From Perna viridis (Eukaryota): a stretch of DNA of 64,000 nucleotides. How positions within the stretch are numbered: the first letter of the stretch is position 1; each line of letters starts with the position of its first letter. Shown here piece by piece: positions 24,801-36,800 of this stretch. The position numbers and the translations under genes are program-made. Under the pieces are notes generated by a model that was not told the origin of the DNA, did not search any database, and saw nothing but the letters and a program-made list of their open reading frames with translations. Location: NCBI GenBank assembly GCA_037379345.1, contig CM074523.1, forward strand, positions 26,256,995 through 26,320,994, given 5' to 3'.

Positions 24801-27800
24801 AGACAGACAAGCAGATTCATATATTTATTGTGCTAGTGCAGTAAGACAACATGCCACACTAAGGCATGTCATCTTACACAAACACATAACAGTAATTTTG
24901 ACTTGAATCCAAGTACCATAGATAAAAATCTGACACTGGAAAATGCCATATCTTACCTCAACAATCTTCAGAATCTGGAAAATGCCATATCTTACCTCAA
25001 CAATCTTCAGAATCTTGATCCTATGGTGAGTTTCCTCAGCTCTAACCATGAGACGACACAGATTCAGGACATCTTTCTTGTTGTGTAAACCTTGTTCTGA
25101 TAACAAATCTAACTCTTCTTCAATCTATTTTAAAAAAAAAAAACAAAACAAATGATATAAAATTAATACATTGCAAAAAAGTCATATTAAAAACATCCAT
25201 GCATGTAATAACTTACAAGACTTGACTTTTTATGAGCAACTCGGCAGGTGTTTCTAGAAAAGCAAAGGACTGCTTACCCTACCGGTGTACCTGGTCAATG
25301 CTCCCAGTTTTTAGTGGAGTCCGAGTTGCTCATTTGCATTTGTTACTTTGTATGTATGATTTTATTACTTTATGTTCTTTGTTGTGTATGTCTGTTGTTC
25401 TGACTTTCAAAACTGACGTTATTCTGTTTATTGGTGACGTCACAGCGGATATCCACATTGTCATTGGAATTTGTGTTAGTTTTCAGTATCACAGCAGTAG
25501 CCTGAATAAAGAAATTATTAAGGAGTAGAAACAATGGAAAATTGATTAAGTTGCCGATAAAAGTAACAATCCTTACATCCTCTTCCTGGAAGAGTTCCTC
25601 TGTTGTTTTCTTGTCACCCTCTTGGTCTGCTGGCTTCTTCTTTGACTTGAGTGGAGTTGTTTTATTTATACCAATGGTACCACGACATTTGTCTGTACCA
25701 CAGAAGCATTTCTGCGCCTCTTTACTATTAAATAAAAGCCATGAATGTATGTAACATGTACAATACTTTGTTGGTGATCATATCAATTATTAATTCATCA
25801 ACAAATAATTACAGAATTAGAAAATTCTTATGATTATGAAGCAACGAAGTTCAAAAGATTTTATCAATTTGCCTACTAAAAGACATAGAATAAGGAGTTT
25901 TTATATTGACATGACCATGGTATACGTAGGGGAGGTTGAAAATTAGGTAAATTGATTTTTTATTAACAAAAAGCATATACACATTCTTCTACGGGCTACA
26001 GAAGTTTTAAATAATACAGCTCATTTAATATCACATTTCATAGAAATATTTCAAGTCAAGCATTTACAATCATGGAAAACTTACCCATAGGTTTCAAACT
26101 GATAATCAAAGGTCAGTTCCGTTCCTGGTGGAATGTCCTTCTTGGTGAAGAACCCAATTCTAAGACAGCCATTTACCGTCCACTGAAAAGAGAAATATGA
26201 CCATCAATAATCCAAAGCAAACAGTTCAATAAAACTGTTCATTATACTACTGAGACTTGCATGGATTTTATGTTCCGTGCAAACTATAAATTTTTGTTCT
26301 ATATCCAGCTGTTATGAACCAGGTACATAGCCTGAAACAAGTATTTACATACCAGTGCTGTAAACAGCAAATTGTGAATAACCATGCAAGAAAAAGAAAG
26401 AAAAATTAAAACAAAAAGTTGAGATATCGTCAGATTTCAGTTAAAAGAAAATGTAGATACAACACATTAGAAAATATAGAATTTAAGCCTTCTTCCAATA
26501 ACTATATGAGAAAATTATTATAGGGATGAAACTTGTTTTTGAAGACTATTTTACTGCATCATTAATTCATACGCAACAACTGTTCATGAAACAATTGATG
26601 AAGACAGTCAGCCAATGAAAATCAACATTACAATTATGGGATTATTACCCAATGAATGAAGAGAAAAATAGTCTTATCATCTCTATGCTTTTTTTATGGT
26701 TCATTTTGATATAAAAGCATACGTTGTTCCTAACACATACCCTAATGAAATGTGTGTTGAAACATAAAGCATTTATTGAATGGTGTGATAAATTGAAGGG
26801 TTTCAATTCCATGGTTGACAAAGTAAAACATTTACTGATGTCATTTTATAAATTTTCACTGCAATTTTAAGATTTATTTGACACTTGATTAAGAAAGGAG
26901 ATAACTATTTAGTGTTTGAGTAATTGCCAGAGTCAATCTATATTAACTGGTTTAAAATAACCATTTATAGATGCCACTGACACGTGACCAGTTAACTTAA
27001 ATTTAGCCTATTAAATCCTTGATTGATATCTCAGAATCTTCAAATATAAAACAACTATTGTTATATCAAACCTTTTTTTTTTAATTGAAGCGAATGATTT
27101 AATTTTGAAGAGAGGATTGCTGTATATTTTTCTAGTTGTCTACAAATTTTATGCCGTAAGGGAAACTGATTCTCTTACAGACATGTCTTGATTACTATCA
27201 TTCTCCACTATGGTAAAATTTGAACACTGAAAGTCTACATGTTACCATTTTGAGCGGAGTAAACATTAAAACCACTCCTATCTGAATCTCAATGAGAACA
27301 TTTCGTAATGTTCTCATTGAGATTTAGTCAAACTAATGATATGACACCAAGGTGCAACAAAGTTTCGATATTAACAGCAAACTTTCAATTGGTGTCCAAA
27401 AAAAATATTTTTATGTACATATATAAAAGAGCATTTATGTCATGCAATATCCATGGGAGTCATAAATTGGAAAATTCACAAGAGCTGTTGACGATATGCT
27501 TGTGCTTATAATTCAGAAGAGAAGAATAAACTATTCTAATTGGTTAAAATGTGGTCATGTGGTATAACCAATGTGCGTTAAAATCATTTGAATATCAGGA
27601 GAGAGTATTATCATGTAACAATGCATGGATCTTATCGTGCGATAATGCCCTCTTCAGGTTCTTTAATGAAAAAAAAAATAACACAATAGTTGCTTATGTA
27701 GAGGGCATTATTGATAAATTGACTACACTTGGGGAGTGATATTGCCCTCGCCTGCCATGGGCATCAAGTTTATCATAATTATTCCCTCTATATAAGCAAT

Positions 27801-30800
27801 ACATTGTATATTATATTTATTACACCATTCAAAGTTTATTTCACAGTTCTCAGACATTTTTTTCGTTATAATCATAGAGGGTGAGAGGCATTTTTAACAT
27901 TATTAAGCAGTGCTGAAGAAGATATTTTTCATTTCTTTTTTCTTTCAAGATGTATTTGAATACTAAGTTAAAATGTCCACATACAGTATTTAAAGTGGCA
28001 TAATGCCTACCCAAAAGTGAAAATAGGATGCATGAACATTTCTAAATAAATCTTGTACTTTTCCACAGGTGTCATGTAGGTTTATAGGTATTTTTTTCTA
28101 TTAAGACTTAACAACTTATATAGTTGCTTTCAAGATATCAACTGTTTGTGAATGAAGATGAGCTCTTTTCTTGTAGAGAATTCTTACCTATTAATTATAA
28201 TGGCTTAAATATTGAATTCAGGTGACAGTCATAAAATATTCGTGTATATATTCAATGTTGTTCTATTTTCAAGGTGAACAAGCTCCAATTTCATTCCTGG
28301 ACCACCTGCCTGGATGACTCATCTTTGACTCTTGGATGCTTGCTTTTCTTGTGCATAGAAGTCTTCCATCACATCCAGCTATTTTTGTATAAGACAATGT
28401 TTGTTCTAAAGCAAATTCTTCCAAAATCTTGACTTCTCTTTCAAACACCTTACAAATCTATCAATTCACAATTCCTCTTCAATATTAAGTCAAATAAACA
28501 TTTATGAACCCAATGATAGCCTTTCCATCCATAATATATAAATCCATTAAGTTTTCTGATGCATCATCTATAATCCAGACTAAGTAATATTGGTACAACT
28601 AGGTTATATTGGGTTTTTGTTCAGCTTGTATAAAAAAATTCGATATTATACTTATTTGTTCAATTGATATCACATTTTTATTTGTTCTTTTGTGTACATA
28701 CAATTACATGAAGTACCATATGTTCAGTACATTTTCAGTTTTTCATTCAAATGTAAAATTCAACCGGATATTTGACTCTCTGTTTTTACTTTCATATGCA
28801 CTGTTGATAGTTTAATTTCAACTTTAAACATGCTCAGCAAAGCTTGCATACTAAAAGTGGATAATTTAACAACCAGTAGTGCTGAAATATTGTGATCAAC
28901 TTGTTTTTGATTGATATTACTACACATCACATGGATCTTCTGACCTTATTGAACAGGAATAACTCGAGGTACTTTACACTTGATTGCTGTGTCCATTTAA
29001 TGCAACACCTATAATGATGCCAATAATTGACCGATAATTCGTTACAAGTTTAATTGGGGTATTCCAGTTCACTAAGATCAGATGATGCAGGATGAAAAAT
29101 TACTTATGTAGTTCATTCAGATAAATGCAACATGTAAACAGCTTTAGATGTTCAAGCATAGTGGACGGTAAACTAAGAAGTTTAGGTGTTCAAGCATAGT
29201 GGACGGTAAACTAAGAAGCAAGGCGATAATTATTTTCTCGTGTATGATGCAAGATTGACGCAGTCTGTTAATTATATTTCTGAAGTTTTTTTTTCCTGTT
29301 ATTTTTTGTGATATTGTTTTAAAATATATTTTTTTGCTATTTATTTCCATAATGAGTACTGTATTTTACCCTTCTAATAATCTGCCATGTTCTTTCTTTC
29401 TTACACTATCTGTGAAAATCCTTGACAGGACAAATAAAACAAATGAAGAAGTCTTTAAATATTGTATAGATAAGGAAATTGCTTCAGCACTTACACAATT
29501 TTAGCTACACAAATTATGCACAAGCTAAAACTTCAGTTCAAACTTTTTCTTTCCTCCAATAAATTAATTACTTTTTTTCATGTACACAGGCAAAATTATT
29601 TCATGTGATTTTCACATGATTTTCACCTGAATTGAGCAAATTAACTAAGTGACAGAGTTCATGTGAAATTCAGGTGAATGGAGCCTTTACATGAAATTCA
29701 CACGAAATGTTCACACGAAATTCGTGTTTAGTGAATTTCTCATGAAAATCATGTTAATTGCATGTGAATTTCACATGAATTTCGTGTGAAGCTCAATTAA
29801 CATGAATTTCACATGAAAAATATTTGCCTGTGTACAACTTGGGATTTGATGAATGTACTTGATCATTTATAAAAATTAATTTGTTTCTGATTGCTGTGAT
29901 GAAATTATCATTCTTATTTCTGAGTTATACAGGTAGTTCACATTCTAGAAATTTTTTAATCCGCTGAACAAGTAAATCTGAATAAATTTATCAATGGATC
30001 AATTCAGAAACCGTATCCCATTCTAAAATTGCTGTTGTTCATGATGTTCCTGTCTGGTAAGGACTTATTTTACGACTATGTTGCAACGGCATAATGTTAT
30101 TCACGAGAACAGATGTTGAATTTCTGATCAGGTTTATTGTCTAAATTTACTACAGAGTCATAAATCAAAACATTACTAGAATATTTGTTAATTTTTTTAT
30201 CAAGTGAAATTCACTTTTACAAATAGCATGCAATTAGTTGACTTTGAAACTGTTTTCTGTAGTTAGATTTTTTAGCATTTAGTTTTATTGATGTAACAGC
30301 CTTTCCTATTTTTGATTGATATTCTTTCATCCCTATAAAGTATGTACCATATATAATCACTCTCTGGGACTTCTGAAGCAAGCCCAGCTCATTGTCGTGA
30401 GTCATCAGCCATTGCTACGTAGCTGTCAAAAACAAACATTCAGAATAACGTAAGAATTGTTTCTCTAACATTGTGAATTTATTTAGGAATGATATAGAAG
30501 TACATGCAGTTCTTTTTTTTTTTTCAAAATTGAGGTTTCTTTTCTGATTTAGTATTCATGTGAGTTTGGTTTTGTTTCATGTAATGCTAATCAGGAAAAA
30601 AATTGATTAAAATATGATGTGATATTTAATATTGGTTCTGACTTGTTCATGGTGTGGTAGGACGGCCTACCTGCATTGTAGTAGATAGTAAGATTTAAAT
30701 AGCCTGTTTATTGACTTGACTAATGGATTAATTCTTTGGCCGAATCAGTTGGTCAATGGCTCGTCAATGAGCGGTTTAGTTTGATCCTCAGTGGCAGAGT

Positions 30801-33800
30801 ATAATTTTGTGAGTGAAATCATGCTCTCCCATTACAATATTATCATATTTAAGGGCATTCAGTTAACAGCTATTTCAAACCCTTTTAACTGCAATAATCC
30901 TGCTGTATTGTATTGTGCTGTGGTTCGTCCATAATCATAATCATGCAGTAGCATCCCATGTGCTTCTTTGAACAAAAAGTTTAATCTAAGATTATTAACT
31001 GTTTCTACTTCTTTCATATTATAAGTGTGCCCGTTCATAAATGTTTACCACTACTGTTTTGAAAACAGAGATGGTACCAGAGAAAAAACACAGCAACCAA
31101 AAAGTATTCAATCCCCGTATATACTGTAAACATTCATGCTGATTGAAAATGAATTCATCTAATATCTAATTTTGATTTTTGACTAGTTCGTATTATCATA
31201 CTGGAGAGCTTCCAGTTAACTGTTATTTCAAACTATTTTAATTTCAATAATCATGTGTATTGTGCTGTGTTGTGGTTAATCCATTTCCATATTAAACATA
31301 GTAAAAAGTATTGAACTATGATTTCTGATATATACAATATTTCAAAATCATTGAGAAATTCACCCCTTGTCTAGCACCAGGATTGAGAGATGATACCCAT
31401 ACACATGCAAAACAATAGATTATGTCAAATTCATGTTAACTGTGATTCACATGTCTTCAAATGAAAATTTCATTAGGCCACATCAAGTTATTTTGCAGAC
31501 TCTCATCCATCAGCAACTAAAAAATGGGGCAGGTGGGAGGATTTTATTTTTTATTTTTCTACGATTTGTAAAAACATAAAAAAATTGGGGGCAGGCCTTT
31601 TTGAGTAGGGGCGGGTGGGGATGAGAACCTACATATTAACTAGATGTGGCCTTGAATCTGTTTAATGTTGTCTGACTAGCAAATCAAGGATTAGTATCTA
31701 ATTCAAAGTAGTCTTTAATACAAAAAAAAAACAGCACTTTTAAATGCTATAATACTAACTGTATCAAGTTTTCCAAACATGTAACGGTGAAATGTAAAAT
31801 CCGACAATATATAAAATAAACAAAAGATAAAAAAAAAAAAAGAACAGTTTTCCAAATTCACTTAACCACTGTAGCAAAAGCTGATCAAAATGGACCAAGG
31901 ATAAAACCAATTTGTCTTGTTGAGTATCAAGAAGTCAGTCCATATTGAAAACTTTTCACAAATAAGCATTAATTGATGATGGATATCTTTGTAATTCTCA
32001 TCAACCTGTCCTTTGCCTAGTCAAATAAGACATATTGGACAGTATTTTTACATTTATTGACAAATTGACAAACCAGTTCAATATGGCAAACTTACTAGTC
32101 AAATATGATATAATGAGCAGTATGTGTATTTGTACAGACTAACCACTTTGATATGGCTAATTGCCTAGTCAGATATGACATATTGGACTGTATTTGTACC
32201 ATTAATGACTTACCAGTTCCATATGGCTACTCGCCTAGTTAAATAAGACATATTGGGCAGTTTTGTAACTATATTGACTAACCAGTTAATATGGCATATT
32301 GCTTAGTCAAATATGACATATTTGTAACTATATTGACCAACCAGTTAAATATGGCTAATTGCCCAGTCAAAAATGACATACTGGAAGGTATTTGTACCTT
32401 TATTGACTAAGCAGTTCAACATGACATATTTGACAGTATTAGTATCTATATTGACTTGCTAGTTCCATATGGCTAATTGCAAAGTCAAATATGACATATT
32501 TGTAACTATATTGACTTACCAGTTCAATATGGTTAATTGCCTAGTCAAATATGACATATTTGTAACTATATTGACTTACCAGTTCAATATGGCTAATTGC
32601 ATAGTCAAATATGACATATTAGATGATGTTTGTACCTTTGTATTTCAATTGTCCAGTTTCCACTTAGAATTAATGTTTAAGCCTGTTTAGTTAAAATACT
32701 TGTGTATCAACTATCGTTTTTTCCCAACATTCACATGTACAAATCAAATTAAGAAGGACTACATTCATACTGCAATTGTACAAGATAACCTTACATTTAA
32801 ATAATCTCCTTTTCAATTTATATTCATTACTTGAAATGTAAAAAACTGCTATAACAACATGCACCTCTCAAAATTCCTCATTTCATCACATCATATAATT
32901 TTTTTTTTAAATAAAATAAAATGCAAAACCCCTGTAAGAATAGGAAATATTGTTAATTCTAAAATTAAATCCGACAGTTTGTTTTCAGTCAGAATGGTAG
33001 CTGTGATGATCATGTCACTTTGCAGAACATTCCCAAATTGTGAGATTTTATTGAAAAATTCAAGAAAATTTCCTTTTTAACAATACATTTTACTTTCCAC
33101 TGGCAGTGCATTAAAAAAATGTGTACAAATTGCAAAAAAAAGATATGAGAAATACTAGTACCAGTATGTTTTATTAAAGTTCAAAGTAAGCTGCTCTAAA
33201 AATAGTGTTTTTTTCTTACCATGTTTCACCCACAGTTTGATTCTTACTGAGACTGGTATTTAATTTCAAAATATGTTGAAAGTTGGGAAAAAAAGCAGGG
33301 AATATAAGTCAGAGAGTAAAGCAATGAAACCCAGTACCACATAAATGAACTCCTGATAGGTTTATCACTTAAGAGCAAAATGAATTTCAGTCAGGACAAA
33401 TTTGGTGTACATCTGCAGAGGTAAAAAATAGGAAACACAAGCTGGTAGACCAGACCATATTTTTGTTTAACATTTTATATATGTACAACTAAATTTTACC
33501 CAAAAGTTTGGAAGCCCAGCTCAAAATCTAGAAGCCATATGCTACTGGGGGACTGCTAATTTTTATCCCTGCATGATCATTACCTGTATGAACGTTAAGG
33601 TCAGTAAAACCTTATTGTAATGTAATTTCCCTTACTGTTTTCAAAAAGTGGCTATTAATTCCTCATGTTACTTTCAATTTAACAACATTATAGGATGAAT
33701 CAATAAAAAATCTAATTCCTTTCATGTCAGATGCATAAACTTCGAAAGTAGAATACTTGTACAAGTTCTACACTGGTTGTCTCAGTAAAATTTTGGTTTT

Positions 33801-36800
33801 TTTTATACACTGAAGATTTGAATTTTGTTTTTTTTATACATTGAAGATTTGAAATCAATTTTAAAAATCCCTTTGATGAAAAAAAAAATCAAATAGTCTT
33901 CTGTAACACACAAGGAGGAATTATTCTGACAAGTCCTTTCTAAACATAACAATCTTCTGATTTAATATGGACAGTCATTTACCATGTAAACAAGATTTTA
34001 AGTCTCACCTTTTGAGTTTCACAATTTGGATCACAGCTATGGTTGATGAAACGTGACACATTTCCCTTGTAAGATGCATCAATGATTTCGTCAGCATTCA
34101 GTGCCATGAAGTAGAAATGGCTCTCTCCAGTCTTGGCGTACTGCTTGGTCCTTGATTTGAATGTTTTGTAGTCCAAAACTTCTCCAACATATTCCATAAC
34201 AAACGTACCACTGGAAATGCAGGCAATGAACATAATTAATCAAGAAAAAAGAGAAAGGATGAGTAAAAATTCATTTATTGGCAGTATACGCTTATTATTT
34301 TGGTACAAACTGAAATACTGAGCTGTCCTTCTGATGTTGTGGTATCTCAACATACATGTACATTTCCCTGTACGTGTGTATAATGTTGTTTTGGGGCCAG
34401 AGCAGCCTGCCCTGTGGTGTGAGTGTTCCTTGTCATTCATTGAAGAGTATTTTTCATCCTGCAGGGGTTGTTGTCCCTTTGACATATTCACTCTCCTTAT
34501 ATGTGTTTTACAATGGAAGAAGTTTCATCCATTTCAAGACAAGAATATCAGACCAATTTAGTGGAGCCTCCATTAATTTGTACAATATAGTCTGACACTA
34601 TAAGCTTGATCTTTGAAATGCAGGAGGACCAAACCAAAATAGCCTGCATAAAGAAAGCATATCACTCCATTACAAATTTGTACTACTAAGTCAAGCTAGT
34701 GGTCTAGTACATTGTACTCTTTGAGAGAGCACCTGCCCAAATTTAGTTGTATTTATGATCGATAACATCACCAATTTCAGGAGGACCTACATGTATTTCA
34801 CAACTGATTAAGTGTACTCAGACATGTTTGTTAAGATTTTACTTGCCATTTTTGCAGAAATATTTGATAGCTGCATTTGATGGAAATAGCGGCATTGTAT
34901 TTATGATTTGTTGTATCAATTTTCGATTCCACTATTGCAAATACATGTAACCATTTAATAGTTAACTCAATTTGTCACCATCAAATCCTGAACAACACTT
35001 ATAAATTATCAATTATCTCCTGCATCTTTGTTACATTTTGGATATGATTCAACCTTTCACAACACTGGATTTGAGCAGTACAACTTGACTACAGGGATGT
35101 CTCTACTGTTTGAACTTACGGTTGGAGTTCTGCATTGGTCTTCAATCCAAAACCTTTCCAATCTGTCCTGAATGGTTCCACATCTGCATACTGTCTCTAT
35201 CAAAATGTAGGAATTAATTAGTACGAGTAACATTTTCCATATTTTAATATTAAGGAGGTAGACCTAAGGTAAGGGATACAACTCTTACAAATCATTGGAA
35301 TGTTTGTATTCAGCATTTGACATCAATCTGATGTAAGTATTAAAGTTACTTGGACTGATTTGATCCTGTTTCAAATGAAACTTGATATGCTTTGGTGAAA
35401 TTGAATACAATACTAACTTCATACTGATTTCAAGAGTAATGTCCCTTACCCTAAGTCTACCTCCTTAAATAGTAAGAAAAACTCCAATTGCTTTCGAAAA
35501 AAATGTAACTTAATCCCATGGTCACCAGTCCTCACTGTGTGACAAATTGTTCTCCCTAAGAAGGACAGTCCTTATGACATCATGTATTTTATTGTAGTTA
35601 CACCTATTAGAAAAAGTAATTCGAGATGAGAATAATTTCACTTCCTCCTCGTCTTACAGCAAAAGGTGCAAAGAAAATGTTTCTAAACATTTGTAGAAAG
35701 AAAATTAAAACTCAATGTTAACAGTGTTACCCATTGTTTCTTTTACAAATGTGTATTTTTATATGAGTTAACTGCATTTAAGTCATATCCTTCATTATCT
35801 ATGTAACCATCTATCCATGTAAATAAATTTGACAAGTTCTATGTTCTAAAAATTGAAATTCTGTTATAAATATATGTCTATGGTGAAAAAATTCTGTTAA
35901 TTTCATTTGTTTTTTTGTTGTTGTTGTTGTTTGTTTTGTCCTGTGTGTGATTATACAGGAAGTTGTTAGAGTACAACCAAACACTGTAGGAATTTCTGTA
36001 GAAGTTAAGATAATACTTCGTAACTATGATTTTTTACATAACAGTTTCAAATTTTCTCAGACGTCAGCAATTTTTCATGTTTTGATGGACTGCAGGCAGA
36101 ATTAAAATCCTACATACCTTCTGGAATCTCCTGTTGGTACAATATTCTCCACATTGGCATCGGCTTCCACTGAAAACAAGGAAGATACATGTAACTTTTT
36201 TTTTTTCATTTTTAGTACATATATTATGCAGAATTTATTTAGAATGAAATTTATTGTCTATGTTTTCTTAAGTAAGTGTTCATGTAAAAATGAAAAAGCT
36301 GATGTTAAGCCTAATATTGTTCATAACATTTTTCTCAAATGCATTCAAAACACCTTAGAATACTCTTCATATAATTAATAACACAAAAAAATCATTGTAA
36401 TGGAAGATCATTGATTGGTTATACAGGAAATAAAAACTGCTAGAAAATTCCCCTATCAAATCTTCTCATTTGACAACAATACTAATATAATCATTTAAGG
36501 AGGTAGACCTAGGGTAAGGGGCATAACTCTTGAAATCAGTGATATGTTTGTATCATATTCAATTTCACCAAAGCCTTTCAAGATTTCCTTTGAAACAGAA
36601 TGAAATTAGTTCAAGTTACTTTGATGCTTATATGAGATTGATGTAAAATGCTGAATACAAACGTTCCAATGATTTGTAAGAGTTGTGTCCCTTACCCTAG
36701 GTCTACCTCCTTAATATAAGTTAGGCACAGCCTACAACCAAGCATCGCACTTACACATTTTCTTATGTTAGACATTGAACAATAGATGATGGCTGATAGG

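Noticed and set aside
28270-28460. Purine-rich ~60-codon open stretch on the minus strand in intron 9
   Set aside because: No recognisable domain, ends in a stop, and no convincing splice pair.
30856-31280. ~65-bp dispersed direct repeat (30859 and 31213)
   Set aside because: Diverged local duplication with no TIR, LTR or splice signal.
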